This document shows, piece after piece, positions 1 through 7,114 of a stretch of 8,987 bases of DNA. The notes beneath the pieces are model-generated. The model did not search any database and was not told where the DNA came from. It saw only the letters and a program-made list of their open reading frames with translations. Within the stretch, counting starts at the first letter, position 1. Each line of letters begins with the position of its first letter. This DNA comes from a virus (lineage: Duplodnaviria > Heunggongvirae > Uroviricota > Caudoviricetes), in the IMG/VR virus record IMGVR_UViG_2617270951_000015, positions 1 through 8,987 of that record. One strand, 5' to 3'. Made by a program: the position numbers and the translations under genes.

Positions 1-933
1 ATGGACAACGACAAAATTGATCAACACAGCGACGAAATTGAAGTTGAGAGCGAAGAAAAAGAGCGCGGCAAAAAAATAGAAATAGATGAAGACCGACTCC
101 CCTCCCGGGCGATGGCAATTCATGAGCATATCCGCCAGGATGGTGAAAAAGAGCTGGAACGCGACGCAATGGCGCTACTGTGGTCAGCCATTGCGGCGGG
201 TCTGTCGATGGGCGCTTCGTTACTGGCAAAAGGGATATTTCAAGTCGAACTGGAAGGTGTGCCGGGCAGCTTCTTGCTGGAGAATCTCGGTTATACCTTT
301 GGTTTTATTATCGTCATTATGGCCCGCCAGCAATTATTTACCGAAAATACCGTGACTGCGGTACTACCCGTCATGCAAAAACCGACAATGAGCAACGTCG
401 GCTTACTTATACGGTTATGGGGCGTCGTGCTGCTGGGTAATATTCTCGGGACAGGTATTGCGGCGTGGGCATTTGAATATATGCCTATCTTCAATGAAGA
501 AACTCGCGATGCATTTGTCAAAATCGGCATGGATGTGATGAAGAACACCCCCAGCGAGATGTTTGCCAACGCGATCATTTCCGGCTGGCTGATCGCCACT
601 ATGGTTTGGATGTTTCCTGCAGCGGGTGCGGCAAAGATTGTGGTGATTATATTGATGACCTGGCTTATTGCCCTGGGTGACACCACCCATATCGTGGTCG
701 GTTCTGTTGAAATCCTCTATCTGGTGTTTAACGGTACGCTGCACTGGAGCGATTTCATCTGGCCCTTCGCACTACCTACTTTAGCGGGGAACATCTGCGG
801 CGGCACCTTTATCTTCGCGTTAATGAGTCATGCACAGATTCGTAACGACATGAGCAATAAGCGTAAAGCAGAAGCACGCCAAAAAGCAGAACGTGCGGAA
901 AACATTAAGAAAAATTATAAAAACCCGGCATAA
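1..933 (+). CDS. yfdC: Inner-membrane formate/nitrite transporter (FNT) family protein YfdC, complete
   Basis: 310-aa ORF from ATG at 1 to stop at 931-933; strongly hydrophobic multi-helix core with charged N- and C-termini; recognised from memory as E. coli YfdC, the chromosomal gene that flanks argW. Confidence 0.85.
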   Translation: MDNDKIDQHSDEIEVESEEKERGKKIEIDEDRLPSRAMAIHEHIRQDGEKELERDAMALLWSAIAAGLSMGASLLAKGIFQVELEGVPGSFLLENLGYTFGFIIVIMARQQLFTENTVTAVLPVMQKPTMSNVGLLIRLWGVVLLGNILGTGIAAWAFEYMPIFNEETRDAFVKIGMDVMKNTPSEMFANAIISGWLIATMVWMFPAAGAAKIVVIILMTWLIALGDTTHIVVGSVEILYLVFNGTLHWSDFIWPFALPTLAGNICGGTFIFALMSHAQIRNDMSNKRKAEARQKAERAENIKKNYKNPA

Positions 934-1008
934 ATGGCGAGGGTTTAAGCAATCGAGCGGCAGCGTACTTACCCCGCACTCCATTAGCGGGTATACTCAT
1001 GCCGCATT

Positions 1009-1083
1009 GTCCTCTTAGTTAAATGGATATAACGAGCCCCTCCTAAGGGCTAATTGCAGGTTCGATTCCTGCAGGGGACACCA
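1009..1083 (+). tRNA. argW: tRNA-Arg (anticodon CCU)
   Basis: 75-nt cloverleaf read directly: acceptor GTCCTCT/AGGGGAC (one G-U), D-stem GTTA/TAAC, anticodon stem AGCCC/GGGCT with loop CTCCTAA (anticodon CCT), T-arm GCAGG-TTCGATT-CCTGC, discriminator A plus encoded CCA. Confidence 0.9.
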
Positions 1084-1100
1084 TTTATCAGTTCGCCCCC
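1040..1100 (+). other. Probable prophage left attachment junction (attL) at the 3' end of argW; coordinates approximate
   Basis: Inference only: an integrase gene starts about 160 bp downstream of the tRNA 3' end, the usual layout for tRNA-targeting integrases. The matching attR copy is not inside the window, so the core cannot be delimited. Confidence 0.3.
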
Positions 1101-1178
1101 ATCCGTACCAGTCCGCAAAATCCCCTGAATATCAAGCCTTCCGTAGATTCACAGTTCGTCATGGTTCGCGTCAGATCG

Positions 1179-1208
1179 TTGACAGCCGCACTCCATGACG
1201 GGTAAAAA
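1179..1208 (+). promoter_or_regulatory. Candidate sigma70 promoter for the integrase gene
   Basis: Perfect -35 TTGACA (1179-1184), 18-bp spacer, -10-like TAAAAA (1203-1208), about 37 bp upstream of the intS ATG. By-eye prediction. Confidence 0.35.
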
Positions 1209-1244
1209 GTGGATAAAATAATTTTACCCACCGGATTTTTACCC

Positions 1245-2402
1245 ATGCTCACCGTTAAGCAGATTGAAGCAGCAAAGCCGAAAGAAAAACCATACCGCCT
1301 ACTCGATGGTAATGGCCTGTACCTTTATGTCCCTGTGTCAGGGAAAAAGGTATGGCAGCTTCGCTACAAGATTGACGGTAAGGAGAAAATCCTGACCGTA
1401 GGAAAATATCCGCTAATGACTTTGCAGGAGGCAAGGGATAAGGCATGGACTGCGAGGAAAGACATCTCGGTTGGCATCGATCCGGTAAAGGCGAAAAAGG
1501 CTTCGTCTAACAACAATTCCTTTAGTGCGATTTACAAGGAATGGTACGAGCACAAGAAGCAAGTATGGTCAGTAGGGTATGCGACTGAACTTGCAAAAAT
1601 GTTTGATGACGACATTTTACCTATCATCGGCGGCCTTGAAATTCAGGATATTGAGCCGATGCAACTGCTGGAAGTAATCCGCAGATTTGAAGATCGCGGT
1701 GCAATGGAGAGAGCAAATAAAGCCCGCAGAAGATGCGGCGAGGTTTTCCGTTACGCTATTGTTACTGGTAGGGCTAAATATAACCCGGCACCTGACCTTG
1801 CTGACGCCATGAAGGGATACCGCAAGAAAAACTTCCCGTTTCTTCCTGCAGACCAGATCCCGGCATTTAACAAAGCACTGGCAACATTTTCAGGAAGCAT
1901 CGTATCGCTCATTGCGACCAAAGTTTTACGCTACACAGCCCTCAGAACAAAAGAGCTTCGTTCCATGCTATGGAAGAACGTCGATTTTGAAAACAGGATT
2001 ATCACCATCGACGCCAATGTGATGAAGGGACGCAAAATTCATGTGGTTCCTATGTCAGACCAGGTAGTTGAACTTCTCACTATGCTAAGCTCAATCACCA
2101 AACCAGTATCAGAGTTTGTTTTTGCCGGGCGCAACGATAAGAAGAAGCCAATTTGCGAGAACGCTGTACTGCTTGTGATCAAACAAATCGGCTATGAAGG
2201 TCTGGAAAGCGGTCACGGATTCAGGCATGAATTCAGCACGATTATGAACGAGCACGAATGGCCTGCCGACGCCATTGAAGTGCAACTTGCACATGCCAAC
2301 GGCGGATCTGTGCGCGGGATTTACAACCATGCACAGTATCTCGATAAGCGCAGAGAAATGATGCAGTGGTGGGCGGACTGGCTTGATGAAAAGGTAGAGT
2401 GA
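1245..2402 (+). CDS. intS: Prophage tyrosine recombinase (P4-like integrase, IntS-type), apparently intact
   Basis: 385 codons from ATG 1245 (MLTVKQIEAAK...); N-terminal arm-binding region, C-terminal catalytic region containing the HxxR (HGFRHEF) and terminal tyrosine (GIYNHAQYLD) motifs; lies directly beside the tRNA. The ORF-track start at 1209 is a GTG 12 codons upstream; the ATG at 1245 matches the recalled IntS length. Confidence 0.9.
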   Translation: MLTVKQIEAAKPKEKPYRLLDGNGLYLYVPVSGKKVWQLRYKIDGKEKILTVGKYPLMTLQEARDKAWTARKDISVGIDPVKAKKASSNNNSFSAIYKEWYEHKKQVWSVGYATELAKMFDDDILPIIGGLEIQDIEPMQLLEVIRRFEDRGAMERANKARRRCGEVFRYAIVTGRAKYNPAPDLADAMKGYRKKNFPFLPADQIPAFNKALATFSGSIVSLIATKVLRYTALRTKELRSMLWKNVDFENRIITIDANVMKGRKIHVVPMSDQVVELLTMLSSITKPVSEFVFAGRNDKKKPICENAVLLVIKQIGYEGLESGHGFRHEFSTIMNEHEWPADAIEVQLAHANGGSVRGIYNHAQYLDKRREMMQWWADWLDEKVE

Positions 2403-2423
2403 GCGACCTTAAACTATCGAATA

Positions 2424-2458
2424 GCACAAAGCCTAGCAATCCAGTACAAAGCTTTGTG
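2424..2458. repeat. Inverted repeat CACAAAGC/GCTTTGTG enclosing a perfect 12-bp palindrome ACAAAGCTTTGT (2446-2457)
   Basis: Read directly, 22-56 bp downstream of the intS stop and followed by a T-rich stretch (tctcagttttgtc). Could be an intS terminator or a protein-binding operator; function not determinable. Confidence 0.3.
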
Positions 2459-2615
2459 TGTCTCAGTTTTGTCTAAGTGTTCTACTAAAACATAGTAAAA
2501 TCGGTAACGGCTGGAAATCATTCAATACTCGCACTATCGGAAGTTCACCAGCCAGCCGCGGTACGTTCTTACATACGATGTACCGCTGTTCTCTTTACGA
2601 TTTATAGCTGTACTG

Positions 2616-2948
2616 GTGAATTATGAGCAATCTGAATCCATGCATGACGTGTGGTGCCTGTTGTGCATTTTCCGCGTCTCTTTTTACTGGGCAGAAGCTG
2701 ACGATGCTGGCGGAAAGGTTTCGGTCAGTCTCACTGAGCAAATATCTCCTTTTCATCGCTGTATGCGCGGCACCAATCAGAAAAATCCCCGATGTGGCGC
2801 TCTTGCCGGCCCCCCCCGGAGAAAACGCATATTGCTCTGTTTACAAAAACCGTCCACATGCAGGGAATTCGCAATGTCCGGCGAAAATAGCATCGTAAAT
2901 GAAGCATGTAATCGCGCACGGGAAAAATATGGATTTCCAAAAATCTGA
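2616..2948 (+). pseudogene. Cysteine-cluster protein gene (YkgJ/UPF0153-like CxxCxxCC family by motif), disrupted by three frameshifts
   Basis: Protein-like segments alternate between the frames of ORFs 2623..2898 and 2616..2948: [16 protein letters not shown] | [49 protein letters not shown] | [12 protein letters not shown] | [32 protein letters not shown]. Joined they give a ~109-aa protein with CxxCGxCC and CxVYxxRPxxCRxF motifs. Frame switches sit at a T4 run (2668-2671), a C8 run (2810-2817) and an A5/ccgtcc stretch (2845-2856). Weak SD GGTGA before ATG 2623. Confidence 0.5.
2810..2817 (+). repeat. Homopolymeric C8 tract inside the Cys-cluster gene
   Basis: cccccccc at 2810-2817; the reading frame changes exactly across this tract. 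Confidence 0.9.
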
Positions 2949-3060
2949 ATATTCTCCGCCGTGCAAAAATGCGAACAACATCACTTCACTAATCAACCTG
3001 ACATGGCATACTTAGCACGCTAACTATGATAACAAACTAATACCCTAAAACTCATGGTTC

Positions 3061-3087
3061 CGGGACTGGTCGTGGTCCCGTTTTTTT
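3061..3087. terminator. Intrinsic terminator between the convergent Cys-cluster gene and the tfa-like gene (strong on plus, possibly bidirectional)
   Basis: Stem CGGGAC(UG)/(UG)GUCCCG (3061-3080) followed by T7 (3081-3087) on the plus strand; on the minus strand it is preceded by A7 and lies directly after the stop of the downstream gene (3090). Confidence 0.6.
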
Positions 3088-3089
3088 AT

Positions 3090-3698
3090 TCAGCCAGCAG
3101 GCCATCCAACAACGTAACTGCGGATCGCCTTCAGCTCTGTCAGCGCCTCAACCTCTGCTTTCATCTGCAACTGCCGTGTATTAATCTCCACCCCCTTCGC
3201 AAACATCGCCTGCTCTGTCGCATCCGACAGGGCTATGATGTCTGCCGCCGTCACCGGCACCACATTATTATCCCCGTCGGTCCAAGCAAAACCTTCCGGA
3301 AGACGGTTATTCTCTGCCATCAGGCGTGTCATGCTTATCCTGGACAACGTCTTCTTGCCGTAATCCCAGTTCCTTCCGTTGAATTCCATCATGTATTCCA
3401 TATTCTCCTGCACATCACGCCAGATATTAATCTCTTCCCTTTTCGCCGCTTTTGCCGCTTCCAGTACTGCTTCCGTGGCGACAAAGGCACTCACACTTCC
3501 GTACGTTCCTGCTGTCAGCCCAGACCACAATGCTTTTCCGTGTTCTGTATTATCCGTTTCCGTTGCAGTATACGGCAGCCATACCTGTTCCCCTTTTTCA
3601 TTCACCGCGTCTTCAAACTGCACCTCACAGTTTATCCCGCCATATTCGTTGCTGGCTGCATTTCGTACTGCAAGAATCTCTTTTCCCTTATCCACCAT
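3090..3698 (-). CDS. Putative tail fibre assembly/chaperone-like protein (family uncertain), 202 aa
   Basis: ORF placed immediately downstream of the tail fibre gene. Start chosen at ATG 3698 (MVDKGKEIL...) because a strong SD GAGGAGG sits 2 nt upstream and overlaps the stf stop (TAG 3707-3709). The ORF-track start at 3785 would overlap stf by 79 nt. Function is inferred from position only. Confidence 0.6.
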   Translation of the reverse strand: MVDKGKEILAVRNAASNEYGGINCEVQFEDAVNEKGEQVWLPYTATETDNTEHGKALWSGLTAGTYGSVSAFVATEAVLEAAKAAKREEINIWRDVQENMEYMMEFNGRNWDYGKKTLSRISMTRLMAENNRLPEGFAWTDGDNNVVPVTAADIIALSDATEQAMFAKGVEINTRQLQMKAEVEALTELKAIRSYVVGWPAG

Positions 3699-3706
3699 GA
3701 CCTCCT

Positions 3707-5035
3707 CTATGATATGCGCTGAAATAATCCTGCCTGTCTGATACCCGGAGATGATGTCCATAGCATCGGACCACATGCACGCCACGTGCCCGGTAAACGG
3801 GTCTCCCCCACATTACCGGAAGCAACCAGGGGAGTACCATCCGAAAGGCAACATGCAGACAGTGATGAGCCGGCAATGGCTGAGCCCGGTGCCATATCCC
3901 CCGAATAACTCGTCGCATAATATGCCGCAAGGACAAAAGAACCGACACCAAACAGTCCGCTGTCAGGACTTCCTGACGGTCCCTGAGGTCCTGCCGGACC
4001 TGCGGCTCCCGTATCTCCTTTTGGCCCCTGAGGCCCTGCCTGACCTGCGGCTCCCGTATCCCCTTTTGGCCCCTGTGGTCCTGCCGGGCCTGCAGCTCCC
4101 GTATCTCCCTTTGGCCCCTGAGGTCCTGCCGGACCTGCGGCTCCCGTATCTCCTTTTGGCCCCTGAGGTCCTGCCGGGCCTGCAGCTCCCGTATCTCCCT
4201 TTGGCCCCTGAGGTCCTGCCGGACCTGCGGCTCCCGTATCTCCTTTTGGCCCCTGAGGTCCTGCCGGGCCTGCAGCTCCCGTATCTCCCTTTGGCCCCTG
4301 AGGTCCTGCCGGACCTGCGGCTCCCGTATCTCCTTTTGGCCCCTGAGGCCCTGCCTGACCTGCGGCTCCCGTATCCCCTTTTGGCCCCTGAGGCCCTGCC
4401 GGGCCTGCGGCTCCCGTATCCCCTTTTGGCCCCTGAAGCCCTGCCGGGCCTGTATCCCCCTTGTCGCCCTTCGGTCCCTGTGGTCCGCCCGGATCGCCCT
4501 GCTCACCTTTCGGACCTGTATCCCCCTTATCGCCCTTGTCACCTTTATCCCCTTTCGGCCCCGGTGGCCCTGCCGGGCCTGTATCGCCCTTGTCCCCCTT
4601 CTGTCCCTGTGGACCAGTTGCTCCGGTGTCGCCTTTCAGTCCCTGTGGCCCCACGGCAGTTTCGGCTTTCTCAGCAGCTTCTCGCGCCCTGCGCACAGCC
4701 TCATCCGCCGCCGCTTCCAGCTTCTTCAGTGCATCAGGATAATACGCTGCATCCGTTTCACGGAGCAGAAAGGCATTCAGGGTGCCCGGTTCGTCGTCGG
4801 CCATGACATCAATCTCGCCGGCGCATGCCGGCTGACGACCTTCCACGCACAAGGTCACACGATAACGCCCCGGCTCAACCTGCATGCTGTAACTGCCCGT
4901 TTCGCCTGGCTGGTGCTCTGCCACCGTGGTGACTATCACCGTCTCACTCGTTCGCGTGGCTTTCAGCTCTATGGTGCAGTCCGGTACCGGTTTTCCTGTA
5001 CCATCCTTCAGCACACCTGAAATCTGTACTGACAT
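3707..5035 (-). CDS. stf: Side tail fibre protein with a long collagen-like (Gly-X-Y) stalk, 442 aa, apparently intact
   Basis: N-terminal ~90 aa ([17 protein letters not shown]...CTIELKA...) resemble the recalled N-terminus of lambda Stf; residues ~128-345 are uninterrupted Gly-X-Y triplets, including about ten [15 protein letters not shown] units; distinct ~95-aa non-collagen C-terminal domain. Purine-rich SD GGGGGGAA before the ATG. Confidence 0.85.
   Translation of the reverse strand: MSVQISGVLKDGTGKPVPDCTIELKATRTSETVIVTTVAEHQPGETGSYSMQVEPGRYRVTLCVEGRQPACAGEIDVMADDEPGTLNAFLLRETDAAYYPDALKKLEAAADEAVRRAREAAEKAETAVGPQGLKGDTGATGPQGQKGDKGDTGPAGPPGPKGDKGDKGDKGDTGPKGEQGDPGGPQGPKGDKGDTGPAGLQGPKGDTGAAGPAGPQGPKGDTGAAGQAGPQGPKGDTGAAGPAGPQGPKGDTGAAGPAGPQGPKGDTGAAGPAGPQGPKGDTGAAGPAGPQGPKGDTGAAGPAGPQGPKGDTGAAGPAGPQGPKGDTGAAGQAGPQGPKGDTGAAGPAGPQGPSGSPDSGLFGVGSFVLAAYYATSYSGDMAPGSAIAGSSLSACCLSDGTPLVASGNVGETRLPGTWRACGPMLWTSSPGIRQAGLFQRIS
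3982..4476. repeat. Tandem 45-bp repeat array (about 11 units) with a 90-bp higher-order unit repeated three times at 4072-4341
   Basis: Read directly: units begin at 3982, 4027, 4072, 4117, 4162, 4207, 4252, 4297, 4342, 4387 and 4432. Two unit variants (cctgccggacctgcggctcccgtatctccttttggcc and cctgccgggcctgcagctcccgtatctccctttggcc) alternate. Encodes the collagen-like stalk of stf on the minus strand. Confidence 0.9.
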
Positions 5036-5808
5036 ATTCCCCCCACAAAAAAGCCCACCAGAACCGGCGGGCTGTCATAACTCTGTGTTACCTGGCTATG
5101 GTAGTTCACCGTCATCTGCTGACCACCAAACTGCTCCGCATCCACCTGCATCCCCACAATGGCCGTGTTCGGGTAGCACTGTTTCACATCGATGATTTCG
5201 GTGTATGACGACCACAGCGTTCTGTTCTGCAGCTGGTCCGTGGTGCTGTCCGCCGTCTCCCTGACCATCCGGATGTTAAAGGGGCGGGGAGGCAGATTAT
5301 CCAGAATCACCGAGGCCAGGAACTGTGAGGTGGTCTTGCCGTTAATGGTGACATCCTTTTCTGTCACCCAGTTACCGTTACGCTGTAACTGAATCAGCAG
5401 ACGGACAGAGGACGGATTACGGTCACCCTTTGACGTGGTCTCCACCAGTGACTGCACCCCGAAGGTCACCCGCAGGCGGTCAATGTTCGCTGACGTAATG
5501 GTGCGTGTTACCGGTTTTGCCCTGGTCACTTCGACACCCAGTACAGTTTCAGAGCCGGAGGACTCAAAGCCTTCCGGTGGTGTCTGCTCCTGCTCCCCGG
5601 CACGCCAGACCGCGGTCACACCGTGTATCACGGGATTACCGTCCGTGTCCGTCAGCGGGGTTTTGTTCACCAGAATACTCTGCAGGCTTTTCACCGGGCC
5701 TTCTATCGGTCCCTCACCAATCGCATCAATCACGCTCATCATCTGCGTGGATTTGAGATTGTCTTTCGCCTCACGAGGCGTGTGTGCCTTACCGCCACCT
5801 TTTCCCAT
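5008..5808 (-). pseudogene. J: N-terminal fragment of a lambda J-like central tail fibre / host specificity protein
   Basis: First ~235 aa (MGKGGGKAHTPREAKDNLKSTQ...NIRM...QLQNRTLWSSYTEIIDVKQCYPNTA...NYH) follow the recalled N-terminus of lambda gpJ (~1130 aa). After NYH (about 5095-5100) the ORF runs out of frame through the stf upstream region and stops at 5008. SD GGGGAAGG before the ATG at 5808. Confidence 0.8.
5047..5072 (-). terminator. Terminator-like hairpin plus U6 immediately upstream of the stf start
   Basis: Minus strand: GCCCGCC-ggttct-GGTGGGC (7-bp stem, one G-U) followed by TTTTTT, then GTGGGGGGAAT-ATG(stf). Plus-strand coordinates: stem 5053-5072, A-run 5047-5052. Confidence 0.45.
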
Positions 5809-5921
5809 ACAGCCTTCCCCTGAATAAATTAACCGCCACTTGCCATTCCGTACAGAAGTCGGATATCCTTCGCCCGAAAAGCATGAAACACATTTCTGCC
5901 ATGCTAAAGAGAAACCCCGGT

Positions 5922-5957
5922 ATCAGCAGATACCGGGGTTTTCTTTCATGCCCACCG
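5922..5957. terminator. Strong GC-rich hairpin with T-rich flanks on both strands (candidate bidirectional terminator) in the I-J insert
   Basis: Perfect 12-13 bp stem AAACCCCGGTATC / GATACCGGGGTTT (5922-5934 / 5939-5951) with loop AGCA; followed by TTTTCTTTC on the plus strand and TTTCTCTTT on the minus strand. Confidence 0.45.
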
Positions 5958-6013
5958 ATAATCCTGTTGGTTAAAACCGGTAATGGCATAAAAATTCTGA
6001 ATATCTTCACATT

Positions 6014-6041
6014 TTCACAAACTGACCGTGGCGCGTATAAT
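6014..6041 (+). promoter_or_regulatory. Candidate sigma70 promoter inside the I-J intergenic insert
   Basis: -35 TTCACA (6014-6019), 16-bp spacer, perfect -10 TATAAT (6036-6041); no ORF follows on the plus strand. Confidence 0.45.
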
Positions 6042-6047
6042 TTCTCT

Positions 6048-6144
6048 GCGTTAATTTTTTTGTCGTGATATAAGAATAATTCCTTACACTTAATCTTCGT
6101 AACTCTCCCGCAGTTCCTGTCCGCGATCACTGCGGGATTTTTTT
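6048..6144 (+). ncRNA. Candidate small non-coding RNA (~95 nt) defined by the promoter at 6014-6041 and the terminator at 6106-6144
   Basis: Predicted TSS about 6048 and 3' end at the T7 tract. No ATG-initiated ORF in the interval (only a GTG followed by an immediate stop). Convergent with, and ending beside, the 3' end of the I-like gene. Purely a sequence-based prediction. Confidence 0.3.
6106..6144 (+). terminator. Intrinsic terminator (plus strand)
   Basis: 9-bp stem TCCCGCAGT / ACTGCGGGA (6106-6114 / 6129-6137) with a 14-nt loop, followed by T7 (6138-6144). Confidence 0.55.
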
Positions 6145-6151
6145 ATTCTTT

Positions 6152-6817
6152 TTACCCCTGCCGCCCGATAACCACGACCTTTCCGCCCCCGCCTTCATCA
6201 CGGGTGCTGATGTCCTGGGATATACGGCGGGAGCCAACCAGCATTTCCCCGTAAGGCACCGGCATCGGGTTCCCCTGGGCAATCATGTTATCCAGCGAGG
6301 AAAAGTACGTGTTCTGTCTGCCGTTATCCGTTGCGCGGTAATCCGGTGTTTTTGCCTTCGGGGCCAGCATCTGGGCCACACCGCCCAGTATCATGCTGGC
6401 ACCCAGTGAAAACAGCATCGTGGTGGCAGAAAAACCACCGGCACTCAGGGCTGTACCCCATAACGCCATCGAGCCTCCGGCCGTGAAGAAAGAGCCCACG
6501 ATGGCTGCCGCCCCCAACACAATCTGCAGTCCACCCTTTCCGGCCCCGGCCAGTCGCGGCACAATGTGGATGACCGTTCCCTCACCCAGCTGTTCGTGAA
6601 GGCGGGCGTACACCACCTCCGGTGCCGTGTCTTCACCGGCAATACGTATCTGGTACCAGCCTTCGTTCATCTGAAGGCGAAAGCCCGGCATCTGCATCGA
6701 CAGGGCGCGAATGGCTTCCGCTGCCGTGTTCACATACAGGCTGAGGCGGCGGCCAAATCGTTGTAAATCCCCGTGGTTGCCCACGGTTGAGCCAGAGATA
6801 ACAGCTTCCACCATCAT
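6152..6817 (-). pseudogene. I: Lambda gpI-like tail assembly protein, N-terminally truncated
   Basis: From GDLQRFGRR onward (minus-strand codons at about 6772 down to the stop at 6152) the protein follows recalled lambda gpI (…IRIAGEDT…IHIVPRLAGAGKGG…FSLGASMILGGVAQMLAPKAKTP…NTYFSSLDNM…PVPYGEM…VVVIGR). The first ~15 codons of the ORF (MMVEAVISGSTVGNH) are out-of-frame FII sequence; the gpI N-terminus is missing. Confidence 0.8.
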
Positions 6818-7103
6818 CCGGCGAAACCCGGTCTATCCAGAAGTTTTCCTCACCGATGGTCAGCGTGTCTCCACGCCGCAGTTGCCGCACATCATCAGTC
6901 CGGACAAACAGGGACGGGCTGGAGCCTTCAACGCGCACGCCCTGTCCGGCATAGCTGATATTTTCAGGGTCATCAAAAACACCACGTATTACTGCGCCGG
7001 ACTGCTCACCGGATGTCATGGTGGCTGACGTTCCCATGTACCCGCGTATCGTTTCATCGGCGCGGGCAATGGCAGCATCGAACAGGTTATCGAAATCAGC
7101 CAC
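6633..7103 (-). pseudogene. FII: Lambda gpFII-like head-tail joining protein, C-terminally replaced by out-of-frame I sequence
   Basis: Residues 1-~108 (MADFDNLFDAAIARADETIRGYMGTSAT...DRVSPDDGGSCYLWL-RG) follow recalled lambda gpFII (117 aa); the remaining ~48 residues read the I gene out of frame. GTG start at 7103 preceded by SD GGGAGG. Confidence 0.75.
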
Positions 7104-7114
7104 AGCGCCTCCCG

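Noticed and set aside
86-744. Nested and antisense ORFs inside yfdC (86..355, 180..440, 291..686 minus, 415..744 minus)
   Set aside because: They lie wholly within the well-supported yfdC frame, and their translations are low-complexity with no RBS support.
1209-1244. Upstream GTG start extending intS by 12 codons (MDKIILPTGFLP)
   Set aside because: The ATG at 1245 matches the recalled IntS length and N-terminus. The extension has no better RBS and overlaps the predicted promoter/TSS region.
1255-2439. Antisense ORFs within intS (1255..1446, 2109..2330, 2242..2439 minus)
   Set aside because: They are entirely antisense to a confidently identified integrase and have no distinguishing features.
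2616-2948. Treating 2616..2948 (GTG start) and 2623..2898 as two overlapping genes or a programmed frameshift
   Set aside because: Conserved-looking segments alternate between the two frames three times, which fits indels in a single ancestral gene better than overlapping genes. No slippery heptamer or pseudoknot arrangement is evident.
3054-3741. Plus-strand ORFs antisense to the gene after stf (3054..3722, 3379..3741, 3452..3700)
   Set aside because: The 222-aa ORF begins inside a terminator hairpin and is Cys/His/Arg-rich low complexity. The minus-strand gene has a strong SD and translational coupling to stf.
3982-4476. Possible CRISPR array suggested by regular short direct repeats
   Set aside because: The repeats are directly tandem with no unique spacers, are 45 bp and in-frame coding (Gly-X-Y), and have no cas genes or leader. 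This is a coding minisatellite, not CRISPR.
3688-4806. Long ORFs on both strands through the repeat region (3688..4542 minus, 3751..4806 plus, 4461..4742 plus), with proline/leucine- or arginine/glutamine-rich repetitive translations
   Set aside because: They are alternative-frame readings of the GC-rich 45-bp collagen-encoding repeats, which lack stop codons in several frames. The stf frame has the recognisable N-terminal domain, the Gly-X-Y periodicity and a proper RBS.
4926-5827. Plus-strand ORFs antisense to the J fragment (4926..5195, 5192..5392, 5435..5827, 5505..5756, 5623..5823)
   Set aside because: They are antisense to a region with a clear J-like N-terminal reading frame; Ser/Pro/Arg-rich translations typical of antisense frames.
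5784-6130. ORFs in the I-J insert (5784..6068 plus, 5789..6130 minus) and a possible type I toxin-antitoxin reading of the promoter/terminator unit
   Set aside because: Both ORFs run straight through strong hairpins and promoter elements. No short hydrophobic toxin-like ORF with an RBS is present, so the region is treated as non-coding.
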